A DNA stretch of 64,000 nt, taken from the sequence record PZ386972.1. One strand, given 5' to 3'. This stretch comes from a phage. This document shows positions 20,117 to 29,562 of this stretch, piece by piece. Numbering within the stretch: position 1 is the first letter of the stretch; the number at the start of each line of letters is the position of its first letter. The translations under genes and the position numbers were made by a program. Below the pieces are notes generated by a model. That model was not told the DNA's origin, made no database searches, and worked only from the letters and a program-made list of their open reading frames with translations.

Positions 20117-20189
20117 ATATTTGTAAGTTGATAAACAAGATCTTTTTGTTGATCCTCTGTTAGCGAAGTACACTATAGGAGTGTTATTT

Positions 20190-20942
20190 ATGGGAAAAGC
20201 ACGTCAAAAAAGAGAGAACCGCAATGGTTCAAGAAAGCGTGGCAACAAATATGAGAATAACGTAATTCAGGCTGATTTTTCTAATGATTACGCTAACCCA
20301 GTTGCTAAATCCCTAGTAGGTAAAAACCGCGAGCAAAAATCATATATCAATATGATCAAGAACAACACAGTGACTGTGGGTATCGGTGAGCCAGGTACTG
20401 GTAAAACCTTTATTCCGTCCGTTCTTGCAGCTCAGGAACTCGTAGACATTCACTCAGATATTGAGCAAGTGATCCTCGTACGTCCTAATGAACCTCTAGG
20501 TAAGTCTCTTGGTATGCTTCCTGGTGATCTAGCAGAAAAGCTAGAGCCTTGGTTGGAGCCAATAGCTGATGGTATGAAATGGGCCATCGGCGAACATGCC
20601 TATAAGGGATATGTCGAACGTCAGAAAATTAAATTTTTGGCTATCGAACATGCTCGTGGCAGAACTTTCAACAACTCCTATGTAATTGTCGATGAAGCTC
20701 AGAATATTTCCGTTGAGGCAATGATTTGTCTCCTAACTCGTGTAGGACAAGACTGCCGTTTAATTATCTGCGGAGATATAGCTCAGAAAGACATTAAAGG
20801 TGACTCAGGTCTAGCACTCCTTATGGAAGTCTATGAGAAATACGAAAATGCCCCATTCTCAATGATCGAATTGATTGATAACGTTCGTTCTGTTGAGTCT
20901 AAAGCATTCTATGACATCTTTAAAGACATGGGGAAGGTGTAA
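20190..20942 (+). CDS. phoH: PhoH-like ATPase
   Basis: Walker A GEPGTGKTF; Walker B VIVDEAQN; start set to ATG 20190 with AGGAG RBS. Confidence 0.75.
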   Translation: MGKARQKRENRNGSRKRGNKYENNVIQADFSNDYANPVAKSLVGKNREQKSYINMIKNNTVTVGIGEPGTGKTFIPSVLAAQELVDIHSDIEQVILVRPNEPLGKSLGMLPGDLAEKLEPWLEPIADGMKWAIGEHAYKGYVERQKIKFLAIEHARGRTFNNSYVIVDEAQNISVEAMICLLTRVGQDCRLIICGDIAQKDIKGDSGLALLMEVYEKYENAPFSMIELIDNVRSVESKAFYDIFKDMGKV

Positions 20943-20943
20943 T

Positions 20944-21165
20944 ATGGGAAACGTCGTTCATCTGAGCCGTAAAACTAAAATACATCGTACTTCACTGAGT
21001 GCTGCTAATATGATTACACGTAAGGAAGGGGAAGAAAGTCCTAAGACAACCCTAGCGTGGAAAATTGTAACCTCAAATCCAAATAAACCATTCAATTATA
21101 ACGAGCTGAGCACCTCCATAGATATTCTATTAAAAGAAGTAGCTAGAGCTAAAGTAATTGAATAA
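20944..21165 (+). CDS. hypothetical protein (73 aa)
   Basis: ORF track 20875..21165, start moved to ATG 20944 immediately after the phoH stop. Confidence 0.4.
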   Translation: MGNVVHLSRKTKIHRTSLSAANMITRKEGEESPKTTLAWKIVTSNPNKPFNYNELSTSIDILLKEVARAKVIE

Positions 21166-21307
21166 GCTAAAAAGCTAGACTGGTAATATACAGGGCCTGG
21201 GTATGAAAATACTCGGGCCTTTTCTATCAGAAAATTTTATTTGCCTAATGACCGATAATAAAGTAGAATATTCCTTAAATCCTGATAACTATAAAAAGGA
21301 AAGCCAA

Positions 21308-23638
21308 ATGAGCCATCGCATTGAAAAAGTAATTAAACGTGACGGTACTGTAGAAGACTTTGCTCCTGAAAAACTCAATGGTTGGGCAGAGTATGGTTGC
21401 AAAACAGTTGATGTAAGTTGGTCCGCCATTACTATGGCTGCTCAAAAAACGCTACCTAAAGGGGTTGTAGATTCCGACACTCTGATGGACGCATTAATTA
21501 AAGCTGCTGAAAGTCTTATCAAAGATAACCCAGCATACGATGTGCCAGCAAAGGAATTACGTCTTGCGCAAATGCGTAAACGCCTTTATGACTCTTTCGA
21601 ACCGCCTTCTCTACGCTTCTTCCATGACCACATGGTTAGCGTAGGTGCATGGGAAGACATGAGTGCATGGATTACCGATGAGCAATTTGAAGCTCTGAAT
21701 CAGGTTATCGACCATGATCGTGACCGTCTTTTTACTAGTGGTGGGCTGAAGCAGTTCTTTGATAAGTATTCCCGTCGTAACATAGCCACTGGTGAAATTT
21801 ACGAAACTCCGCAGTTTGCCTACATGGGTATGGCAATGGCGATGCTATCTCAACCTAACTGGACAATTCTAGATGCAATCGACCTCTACAACGCAATGTC
21901 ACTCCACAAAATCAACGTTCCTACGCCGCCACTGGTTGGTCTGCGCTCTAGTGACCGTGGATTTGCTAGTTGCTGCCTCGTGGATTCCACTGACACGTTG
22001 GATTCAATCGACACCGCCGAGCACATCGTCTTCAAAATGGTCGCAGCCAGAGCGGGAATCGGGTATCATCTTGAAAGCCGATCAATTGCTGATCCGGTGC
22101 GAAATGGGGCATTCCCGCATTCCGGAAAACTGCCATATTATCGACACATTGACCGCTCAGTAAAGGCCAATACTCAGCAAACTCGTGGTGGTTCTGCTAC
22201 AGTATCTTATCCATACTTCGACCCTGAAATCATTCAATTGATGCAGGTTAAGCAACAACGTGCTACAGATGAGAATAAAATCGATAAGATGGATTATTCT
22301 CTGAGCTTTAACAACCTTTTGTTAAAACGTTATCTTAAAAACGAAGATATTACGCTAATGTCATACTTCTATGCTCCAGAAGTTCATGAAGCGTTTTATA
22401 GTGATGACGAGGCTAAATTTGAAGAAATCTACGTGGCAGCGGAGAAACGTGTGGCATCTCTTACAAAGATCGACCACGAAGGAAAAACAGTTCCTGCAGC
22501 TCCTAAAGTCTCTGCAAAAGAAATCCTAGATACTTGGCTACGTATCCGAATGGAAACAGGACGTATGTATGCTCACCACATTGGAGAATCTAATCGTCAC
22601 GGTAACTTCCTTGATCCGATCCGTATGACAAACCTTTGTGTTGAAATTACTCAGCCTACACGCCCGTTCCATCACATTACAGAGCTGTACAAGACAAAAG
22701 AGCAGCTTGATCAAATGAAGCCGGAGGATATTGGTGAAGTATCTCTGTGTAACTTAGGTGGTGTTGTACTTGGACGCATGGAATCTCTGGCTGAGTGGGA
22801 AAAAACTTGCTACATCCTTCTGAAATTTGTTGACACAATTATTGAAATTCAGGATTATCCGTTCCCAACTATGGAATATACGGCTAAGAAACGTCGTAAT
22901 GTTGGTATTGGCCTGATGAACGCAGCGGGTGCAATGGCAGCAGAAGGTCTGGCTTACGAAGGTATTGAAGCCCGTAACTGGATTCACCGTGAGGCTGAAA
23001 AACTGTCTTACTTCCTGCATAAAGCCTCTGTACGCCTGGCTAAAGAACAGGGTGCATGTGAGTGGTTTGATCGTACTAAACCATCTAAAGGAATTCTAGT
23101 AATCGACACGTATAAGAAAACTGTTGATGAACTGGTATCCGTAGGTCTAGAAATGGATTGGGAGTCTCTACGTGCAGATATTCTGAAATATGGTATGCGT
23201 AACTCTGTTCTGACTGCTCAGATGCCGGGAGAAAGTTCTTCTGTTCTGCTAGGAGTTACTAACTCTATTGAACCGCCTCGTAAGATTGTATCTATCAAGG
23301 GTAGTGCAGTGAATAAAGTAATTGCAATTGCTCCGGGTGCAACCGATTGGGAAACGTTAATGAGCTATAAACTGGCTTATGATGTAGATCGTATCGAGTG
23401 GATCAAATGGGTAGCAACTATGCAAAAATTCTTCAGTCAGTCTATCAGTACGAATATGTACTATGACTACACCAAGTTTGAGAATGAAATCATTCCTGGC
23501 CCAGTAGTAGTTCGTGATTTCATGACTGCTGTTAAGTATGGGTGGAAAACTTTCTACTATGCAAACTTCAATACCGCAAATGGTGGAGGTGCTGGAGAAG
23601 AAGCAGCCGGTTGTGCATCCGGTGGTTGTACTATTTAA
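21308..23638 (+). CDS. nrdA: ribonucleotide reductase class Ia large subunit
   Basis: ATP-cone start MSHRIEKVIKRDGTVEDF; active site NLCVEI; C-terminal Cys pair; start moved from 21203 to ATG 21308 with RBS. Confidence 0.85.
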   Translation: MSHRIEKVIKRDGTVEDFAPEKLNGWAEYGCKTVDVSWSAITMAAQKTLPKGVVDSDTLMDALIKAAESLIKDNPAYDVPAKELRLAQMRKRLYDSFEPPSLRFFHDHMVSVGAWEDMSAWITDEQFEALNQVIDHDRDRLFTSGGLKQFFDKYSRRNIATGEIYETPQFAYMGMAMAMLSQPNWTILDAIDLYNAMSLHKINVPTPPLVGLRSSDRGFASCCLVDSTDTLDSIDTAEHIVFKMVAARAGIGYHLESRSIADPVRNGAFPHSGKLPYYRHIDRSVKANTQQTRGGSATVSYPYFDPEIIQLMQVKQQRATDENKIDKMDYSLSFNNLLLKRYLKNEDITLMSYFYAPEVHEAFYSDDEAKFEEIYVAAEKRVASLTKIDHEGKTVPAAPKVSAKEILDTWLRIRMETGRMYAHHIGESNRHGNFLDPIRMTNLCVEITQPTRPFHHITELYKTKEQLDQMKPEDIGEVSLCNLGGVVLGRMESLAEWEKTCYILLKFVDTIIEIQDYPFPTMEYTAKKRRNVGIGLMNAAGAMAAEGLAYEGIEARNWIHREAEKLSYFLHKASVRLAKEQGACEWFDRTKPSKGILVIDTYKKTVDELVSVGLEMDWESLRADILKYGMRNSVLTAQMPGESSSVLLGVTNSIEPPRKIVSIKGSAVNKVIAIAPGATDWETLMSYKLAYDVDRIEWIKWVATMQKFFSQSISTNMYYDYTKFENEIIPGPVVVRDFMTAVKYGWKTFYYANFNTANGGGAGEEAAGCASGGCTI

Positions 23639-23647
23639 TAAAAACAA

Positions 23648-23670
23648 GGAGATCTTCGGGTCTCCTTTTT
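23648..23670 (+). terminator. rho-independent terminator after nrdA
   Basis: Hairpin GGAGATCTTCGGGTCTCC followed by TTTTT. Confidence 0.6.
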
Positions 23671-23684
23671 CTTTGAAATTTTAC

Positions 23685-23713
23685 TTGCTAATCGCTACCA
23701 GATTTGCTATAAT
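23685..23713 (+). promoter_or_regulatory. early promoter (TTGCTA, 17 bp, TATAAT)
   Basis: -35 at 23685-23690, -10 at 23708-23713. Confidence 0.55.
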
Positions 23714-23719
23714 ATTTAT

Positions 23720-24217
23720 ATGAAATTAACACAGAGTAGATTAAAAGAGCTAATCTCCTATGATCCTGAAACTGGTGAATTTACCTGGCTTCCAAGAAAA
23801 AATTTAGCAAAGCATTTATGGAACGCTAAAGCAGGAACCTACGATAAGCTAGGGTATCTTCGTATAAAAGTGGAAGGAGTTCAATACTTAGCTCATCGCC
23901 TAGCCTTCTTGTATATGACTGGAGAAATACCAGAAGGAAAAATTGACCATAAAGATACTAATCCGTCCAATTGTGCCTGGAATAATCTACGTGAAGCCAC
24001 GAGTTCCCAAAATTCTATGAACTCATGCGCAAGAGTGGATAACCAGCTTGGAATGAAAAATATTCGTGTAAAAGGCAATTCATTTCAGGTTAGGATAGGC
24101 AAAGACGGTAAATCTTATACAAAAACTTTAAAAACCATAGAAGAAGCTATAGAGTGGAGAGATACCAAACTACTAGAACTTCATGGGGACTTTGCAAACA
24201 ACGGAGAAGCTAAATGA
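23720..24217 (+). CDS. HNH homing-endonuclease-like protein
   Basis: 165 aa; HRLAFLYMTGE...IDHKDTNPSNCAWNNLREATSSQN matches the HNH signature; inserted between nrdA and nrdB. Confidence 0.7.
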   Translation: MKLTQSRLKELISYDPETGEFTWLPRKNLAKHLWNAKAGTYDKLGYLRIKVEGVQYLAHRLAFLYMTGEIPEGKIDHKDTNPSNCAWNNLREATSSQNSMNSCARVDNQLGMKNIRVKGNSFQVRIGKDGKSYTKTLKTIEEAIEWRDTKLLELHGDFANNGEAK

Positions 24218-25359
24218 CTACTTTACTTAACTTAGAATGGGATCATACTAACGCTGATCTTTTCCTCGGTGATTCTTTGGGTATCGCAGATTATGTGCGT
24301 GTGGCACATCCCGAACTGGAGCGATTAGCTCTGTTGCAGCGTTCCCAATTCTGGACTGAAACTGAAATTAGTCTTGAAGCTGATAAAAAGCAGTGGGGTA
24401 ATCTCCCGCGTGAAATTCAGGAAATTACACTCCTGAACTTAGCATGGCAAACTCAAACTGATTCCTTTATCAGTCGTGCCCCTGAAGCAGCTATTATGCC
24501 GCTTGTAAGTCGTCCAGAATTGGAAGGTATGCTCAAGCAGTGGAGCTACTTCGAAGATCTGCATAGCCGTGCATATAGTAATATTATTCGTAATGTGCTG
24601 ACTGATCCAGCAGAATTTATTGATTCTGTAACCAAAAACCAGGAAGCATTCGCACGCATCGCTGATTCTGTTGAACTATTCGATGAACTGTATCAGTTAG
24701 GTCAGTATTTCATCGCAGTACGCGATCATCGTGGTGACAATACATATCCAGAAACTGAGTTCCCTGAAGTTAAACGTGAAACTCAGGCTAAACTATTAGA
24801 CGCTTACTTTGCGATCTATGGTCTGGAAGCAATGCAGTTTTACGCATCCTTTGCATGTACCTTTGCATTAGCAGAGAACGATATTCTGCAAGGTATTGCT
24901 AAAAATCTGCAATTAATCGCTAAAGATGAAGCTCTGCACACTCAGATGTCCAAAGCAATCATCCAGATTATGTTCCAGCAGTTTGACAAAGATCTGGTGA
25001 ATGAAGCAGTGGCTAAAGCACCAGCACAGCTCCTGAAAACTCTGAAAACTGAAATTGAATGGGGTCATTTCATTTTCAAAGGTCGTAGTCTGATTGGCTT
25101 GAATGCAGAACTTCTAGAAGAATATCTGTACTTTGTGGGGCGTAATGCATTTATGCACATCGGTGTAGAATGGCCTAGTCATTTACCAGTAATCACCAAG
25201 AACCCCATTCCGTGGATCATGAACTGGCTGGATACCACTTCTTTACAGCCTGCTCCACAAGAAATCCAGATTGGTGCAGCATATCGTGTAGGTCAGGTAA
25301 CTGAGACCTCTACTGATACTCTGAAAGATCTGGGTAATGAATTTGGAGATTTCTTATGA
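24214..25359 (+). CDS. nrdB: ribonucleotide reductase class Ia small subunit
   Basis: 381 aa; ferritin-like fold with iron-ligand EALHT motif; overlaps upstream and downstream stops. Confidence 0.8.
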   Translation: MTTLLNLEWDHTNADLFLGDSLGIADYVRVAHPELERLALLQRSQFWTETEISLEADKKQWGNLPREIQEITLLNLAWQTQTDSFISRAPEAAIMPLVSRPELEGMLKQWSYFEDLHSRAYSNIIRNVLTDPAEFIDSVTKNQEAFARIADSVELFDELYQLGQYFIAVRDHRGDNTYPETEFPEVKRETQAKLLDAYFAIYGLEAMQFYASFACTFALAENDILQGIAKNLQLIAKDEALHTQMSKAIIQIMFQQFDKDLVNEAVAKAPAQLLKTLKTEIEWGHFIFKGRSLIGLNAELLEEYLYFVGRNAFMHIGVEWPSHLPVITKNPIPWIMNWLDTTSLQPAPQEIQIGAAYRVGQVTETSTDTLKDLGNEFGDFL

Positions 25360-25889
25360 TTACAGCAATGTATGCAGTTGGGCCGAATGGAGAGTTCGGC
25401 CTCCGCGGTAAACTTCCCTGGGGTTCCTTCAAAGAAGAACTAGATGCCTTCTATTCTCAACTGGACGTGTTGAATCCAGATAACATCATCATTGGTGCTG
25501 GTACTTATTTAGCTCTTCCATACGCCGTTAGGGAACGTATGATTGGAGCTTCTGATCTATTTATTCGTGCTGATCGTCCACTGCCAGACGATATTACGCA
25601 TGATATTTACACCCCAATTTCAAAGATTGGGGATACATTACCTACTTTTCTAAAAGATCAGCAAACAGTAGTTCTAGGTGGAGCTAATCTTCTTCTAGAA
25701 ATGTACCAACATGGGCATATAGAAAGTGCTTTTGTATCTACAATCTTTAGCGAACAGAAGCTAGAGGCAGATATACACCTAGATAGTATGATACTGGATT
25801 ATAACTATGAATCCACCCGATTAGTCTATGCAGTTGGCGCAAACAGTGATAACAGCCTGCGATTTGTACAGGAATTGGTTACTTATTAA
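25356..25889 (+). CDS. frd: dihydrofolate reductase
   Basis: 177 aa; N-terminal MITAMYAVGPNGEFGLRGKLPW matches the DHFR signature. Confidence 0.75.
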   Translation: MITAMYAVGPNGEFGLRGKLPWGSFKEELDAFYSQLDVLNPDNIIIGAGTYLALPYAVRERMIGASDLFIRADRPLPDDITHDIYTPISKIGDTLPTFLKDQQTVVLGGANLLLEMYQHGHIESAFVSTIFSEQKLEADIHLDSMILDYNYESTRLVYAVGANSDNSLRFVQELVTY

Positions 25890-26728
25890 TGCAACAATAT
25901 TTAAAAATTTTGACAGATGTAATTTTACTAGGTGAACCCCGTAATGACCGTACAGGAACAGGCACAGTTTCAATTTTTGATTCCTATGCTAAGTTCGACC
26001 TACGTGAAGGGTTCCCGGCTGTAACTACCAAACGCCTGGCCTGGAAATCAGTAGTAGGAGAACTTTTATGGTTCTTGTCTGGTTCCACAAATCTTCATGA
26101 TCTACGTGTATTCACATTCGGTCGTGACGAAGGACAGTGGACCATCTGGACTCCAAATTATGAAGACCAAGCCATAAGTATGGGGTATGATAAGGGTAAT
26201 CTAGGACCAGTATATGGTAAACAGTGGCGTAACTTTGGTGGGCGAGATCAGATTCTAGAACTTATTGAAGGACTCAAGAATAATCCTCATGGCCGCAGAC
26301 ATCTAGTTTCTGCATGGAACGTAGCTGAACTTGATAAAATGGCATTACCACCCTGTCACTACGGCTTCCAGTGCTATGTAAGTAACGAGGGATACCTAGA
26401 CCTTAAATGGACACAACGTTCTGTAGATTGTTTCCTCGGTTTACCTTTCAATATTGCTAGTTATGCTTTATTAACGCATATATTAGCAAAACTGACAGGG
26501 TTAAAACCTCGTTATCTTATCTTTAGTGGCGGTGATACTCATATCTATAATGACCACATGGAACAGGTAGAAGAACAGGTAAAACGTAAACCTCGTGCTT
26601 TACCTACTCTAGTAATGCCAGAGTTTGTAGATCTTTACGATTTATTAGAAAATAATACAGCAGCTTGGTCCTTCCAGCTTGAAGGATATGATCCGCATCC
26701 GGCTCTTAAAGCTAAAATGTCCTCTTAA
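25889..26728 (+). CDS. thyA: thymidylate synthase
   Basis: 279 aa; active-site LPPCHYGFQCYV. Confidence 0.85.
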   Translation: MQQYLKILTDVILLGEPRNDRTGTGTVSIFDSYAKFDLREGFPAVTTKRLAWKSVVGELLWFLSGSTNLHDLRVFTFGRDEGQWTIWTPNYEDQAISMGYDKGNLGPVYGKQWRNFGGRDQILELIEGLKNNPHGRRHLVSAWNVAELDKMALPPCHYGFQCYVSNEGYLDLKWTQRSVDCFLGLPFNIASYALLTHILAKLTGLKPRYLIFSGGDTHIYNDHMEQVEEQVKRKPRALPTLVMPEFVDLYDLLENNTAAWSFQLEGYDPHPALKAKMSS

Positions 26729-26733
26729 CTTAA

Positions 26734-26757
26734 ATAGCCCTTCGGGGCTATTATATT
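26734..26757 (+). terminator. rho-independent terminator after thyA
   Basis: Hairpin TAGCCCTTCGGGGCTA followed by a T-rich run. Confidence 0.55.
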
Positions 26758-26767
26758 TAAATTTCAT

Positions 26768-26796
26768 TTGCTTATTTAGTGAAATCTAAATATAAT
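26768..26796 (+). promoter_or_regulatory. early promoter
   Basis: TTGCTT 26768-26773, TATAAT 26791-26796, 17-bp spacer. Confidence 0.6.
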
Positions 26797-26821
26797 ATAT
26801 TTTATAAATTGGAGGTATACA

Positions 26822-27103
26822 ATGATTTCAGCCAAAGAAGCTCAAGAACTTGCAGGATTAACAGAAGTACCCGCATTTCTAAAGTTTATAGAAGAAAAGA
26901 TTGTAGAAGCTGCTAAGTCTGGAAATACAGAAGTAATTATTCGAGATAATCCTTACGCTAGGTGGCTATATAATCCTAGAGAAATGCCAGGAGCAGCTAA
27001 ATCGGTACTAAAAACCTTATCGGATAAGGGGTATCATCTCTCACAATACTACCGAGAAGCCGCCTTTGTAGACATGGGTCTTAAAATTAGTTGGGAGGTA
27101 TAA
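26822..27103 (+). CDS. hypothetical protein (93 aa)
   Basis: ORF track; GGAGG RBS. Confidence 0.5.
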   Translation: MISAKEAQELAGLTEVPAFLKFIEEKIVEAAKSGNTEVIIRDNPYARWLYNPREMPGAAKSVLKTLSDKGYHLSQYYREAAFVDMGLKISWEV

Positions 27104-27579
27104 TGTCGGTTTTCCACATTTATACAGATGGTGCTTGTAAGTCTAATCCAGGTCCAGGTGCTTGGGGTTTTATTGTCTATGATGATAACGACGATCGTTT
27201 AGGTTCTAAATCTGGATATAGTCCTAAAACTACAAATAATGAGATGGAACTCACGGCTATTGTAGAAGCTCTACGTTGGTCTGTTAAAAAAGATAATAGA
27301 CCAATTGCTATCTATACTGACTCTGCTTATTGCAAAAATGGCATGGAAAGTTGGATGTTTTCTTGGCAAAGGAAAGGCTGGAAGAAAGCAGATGGTGAAG
27401 TCCCTCTTAATCTAGAACTTTGGCAGGAAGCATTTAAATTAACACAGCAGTATATCAACTTTCACAATACTAATCCTACCTTTATTAAGGTTAAAGGACA
27501 TTCTGGTATTAGTGGTAATGAAGCTGTAGATGCATTGTGTAACACAGTTATTACTGAGGCTGAAATGGCCGAGATGTGA
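27103..27579 (+). CDS. rnh: ribonuclease H
   Basis: MSVFHIYTDGACKSNPGPGAWGF matches the RNase HI N-terminus; start set to ATG 27103 after GGGAGG. Confidence 0.75.
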   Translation: MSVFHIYTDGACKSNPGPGAWGFIVYDDNDDRLGSKSGYSPKTTNNEMELTAIVEALRWSVKKDNRPIAIYTDSAYCKNGMESWMFSWQRKGWKKADGEVPLNLELWQEAFKLTQQYINFHNTNPTFIKVKGHSGISGNEAVDALCNTVITEAEMAEM

Positions 27580-27599
27580 TAAATAAATTAAAAATTTTC

Positions 27600-27628
27600 T
27601 TGCTTAAAGCCACCTAATTTAGTATAAT
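27600..27628 (+). promoter_or_regulatory. early promoter
   Basis: TTGCTT 27600-27605, TATAAT 27623-27628. Confidence 0.6.
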
Positions 27629-27655
27629 ATTCGTATTGAAAGTGAGGAGGGCTTT

Positions 27656-27940
27656 ATGCGAATTTATAACTCAAATTCATTAGGATTTAAACCATTGAGA
27701 AAACGTGCACAATCACCTCGTCAAATAAGAAAGGCTAATATTGGTGAGCCAGAAACACGTCTTCCACCTCCTCCAGAACAACGTTTAGTTTATCTGGACG
27801 AAGAATTAGCTGAACGCGAAAGAAAAGCTCAAGAAGAGATTGAGCGTAAGAAAATGTGTACTGCCCCAGCCTACTCCAAAGGGGCTTATCAGTATATCTA
27901 TACAGCCGAAGAGGCCAAAGATGCGGGGCGTAAAAAATGA
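27656..27940 (+). CDS. hypothetical protein (94 aa)
   Basis: ORF track. Confidence 0.5.
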   Translation: MRIYNSNSLGFKPLRKRAQSPRQIRKANIGEPETRLPPPPEQRLVYLDEELAERERKAQEEIERKKMCTAPAYSKGAYQYIYTAEEAKDAGRKK

Positions 27941-28386
27941 AGATTACTGAATTTAAAGGTGCTTATAGTTTCTTATCTAACTTTTATTTATCACCAATTA
28001 CTTTCGAATATCTGAATGAAATATGGCATGCTGATACTGTAGAACATGCTTTTCAGGCTATGAAATCCGACCAAAAAGATGATGTAGCTCATGTACTACG
28101 CTCCCTAAATGCAGGAGTTGCTAAACGTAGAGGACGTAAATTAATTCTACGCTCTGACTGGGATAAGGTAAAAGATGATGTAATGTTAGAGCTTTTACGG
28201 TTAAAGTTTGCAATCCCTGATTTGAGAGACAAACTGTTAGCAACAGAAAATGCAACTTTGATTGAAGGAAATACCTGGGGGGATACATATTGGGGTGTTT
28301 GCCGAGGCATCGGGGATAATACTTTAGGAGTTCTTTTGATGCAGGTAAGGTCTGAAATTAAAAGAAGCTTACAGTTAATAAATTAA
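27937..28386 (+). CDS. NADAR (YbiA/DUF1768-like) domain protein
   Basis: 149 aa; YSFLSNFYLSPI...EHAFQAMK matches the NADAR signature. Confidence 0.6.
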   Translation: MKITEFKGAYSFLSNFYLSPITFEYLNEIWHADTVEHAFQAMKSDQKDDVAHVLRSLNAGVAKRRGRKLILRSDWDKVKDDVMLELLRLKFAIPDLRDKLLATENATLIEGNTWGDTYWGVCRGIGDNTLGVLLMQVRSEIKRSLQLIN

Positions 28387-28394
28387 AAATTCAT

Positions 28395-28423
28395 TTGCTA
28401 AACGCTTCAAATTCTCGTATAAT
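28395..28423 (+). promoter_or_regulatory. early promoter
   Basis: TTGCTA 28395-28400, TATAAT 28418-28423. Confidence 0.6.
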
Positions 28424-28461
28424 ATACTTCATAAATTGATAAACAAAAAGGAAAATAAATA

Positions 28462-28977
28462 ATGGCTAAGCAGAAAAACGCAAAAACTCAAGCAGCTCCG
28501 GCAGTTAAAACTTTCCCCCAGACTGAGGCTAACCGCAAAGCTCGTCTGGAACGCCACCTGCGTAAGCATCCTACCGATGCTCAGGCTGCGCAAGCACTGA
28601 ATAATCCGGCTCCGATTCGTCAAAAGCCGAAGGCTAAGAACGCTACTCGTTCTGTAGCCCGCCTTGTGACCTATGTACAGGGTTACGGTCACAAATCTGT
28701 TCCCGTAGCACTGAGTTTCAATGCTGGAGCAGAATTGTTCCCTCGTAATGGCATGGCCATGAAAGATTATGAGAAAGCAGTTAACCAGAAACGCAAACCA
28801 ACGGCAGATGTATTGCGTGATACTCGTGGACAGTTTGGTTCTGTTAAGCCAAATATCTTTGGCGTAGAGTATAGTAAAGATAATGTTCGTGCTCTGTGTT
28901 ACGGTGTAGGCATTAAGTTCACGGGTGATTCTGCTCGTAAATCTGCTAAACCAGCTCGTAAACGTAAAGAGAAGTAA
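28462..28977 (+). CDS. hypothetical basic (Lys/Arg-rich) protein (171 aa)
   Basis: ORF track; RBS. Confidence 0.5.
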   Translation: MAKQKNAKTQAAPAVKTFPQTEANRKARLERHLRKHPTDAQAAQALNNPAPIRQKPKAKNATRSVARLVTYVQGYGHKSVPVALSFNAGAELFPRNGMAMKDYEKAVNQKRKPTADVLRDTRGQFGSVKPNIFGVEYSKDNVRALCYGVGIKFTGDSARKSAKPARKRKEK

Positions 28978-29040
28978 TAGATAAATAGGGGCTTCTGCCC
29001 CTAGAATCTACTAATTCTCTAACTAATCAAGGATATTTTT

Positions 29041-29256
29041 ATGTTCTCTAAGAAACCACGTTCTGTTACTGAAATCGTTGCTTCCTTTACCACTATCACT
29101 GATGAGCTTCAAGCTCGTATTGAGGCTGATCAAAAAATTGCTGCGGATATTCAGAAACAGCAGGAAGAACTCGCTTTAAAGTTGGCTGAAACCAACAAGA
29201 GTGAAAAATCTGCCCAAACTATTATGGAAAATATCCTTAAACTGCTGGGCAAGTGA
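29041..29256 (+). CDS. hypothetical protein (71 aa)
   Basis: ORF track. Confidence 0.45.
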   Translation: MFSKKPRSVTEIVASFTTITDELQARIEADQKIAADIQKQQEELALKLAETNKSEKSAQTIMENILKLLGK

Positions 29257-29264
29257 TTTAAATC

Positions 29265-29288
29265 AGGGGGCGAAAGCCCCTCTTATTT
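29265..29288 (+). terminator. rho-independent terminator
   Basis: Hairpin GGGGGCGAAAGCCCC followed by TCTTATTT. Confidence 0.5.
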
Positions 29289-29297
29289 GGAGAAACT

Positions 29298-29534
29298 ATG
29301 CGTAATTTTGTAGCAAAGAATGATTTTAACCGTGCTAGCACCCATAAGTCAGCTAGGGATTATACACGACTTTCTAGTCATGAGGTAATGGATGCCTGTT
29401 ATGAAGAGCTGGAAGGTAGCTGGAATGAATGGCCCGACTTCTCTATGGAAGAGAACTGGGATGTCAGTGAGGATATGCTTCCTGGTTTTAAAGACCCCAA
29501 GAAGTGGGAGTCTATTAAAGAGACAGCTCTTTAA
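29298..29534 (+). CDS. hypothetical acidic protein (78 aa)
   Basis: ORF track. Confidence 0.45.
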   Translation: MRNFVAKNDFNRASTHKSARDYTRLSSHEVMDACYEELEGSWNEWPDFSMEENWDVSEDMLPGFKDPKKWESIKETAL

Positions 29535-29562
29535 TAGTTTTCTACACAATAAAGGATAGATT

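Noticed and set aside
23639-24213. Group I intron within the nrdA-nrdB region carrying the HNH ORF
   Set aside because: nrdA and nrdB are complete separate ORFs with their own stops and starts; the HNH gene is free-standing with its own terminator, promoter and RBS.
28988-29010. Terminator after the 28462..28977 gene
   Set aside because: A GC hairpin (AGGGGC...GCCCCT) is present but is not followed by a T-run, so it was not called as an intrinsic terminator.
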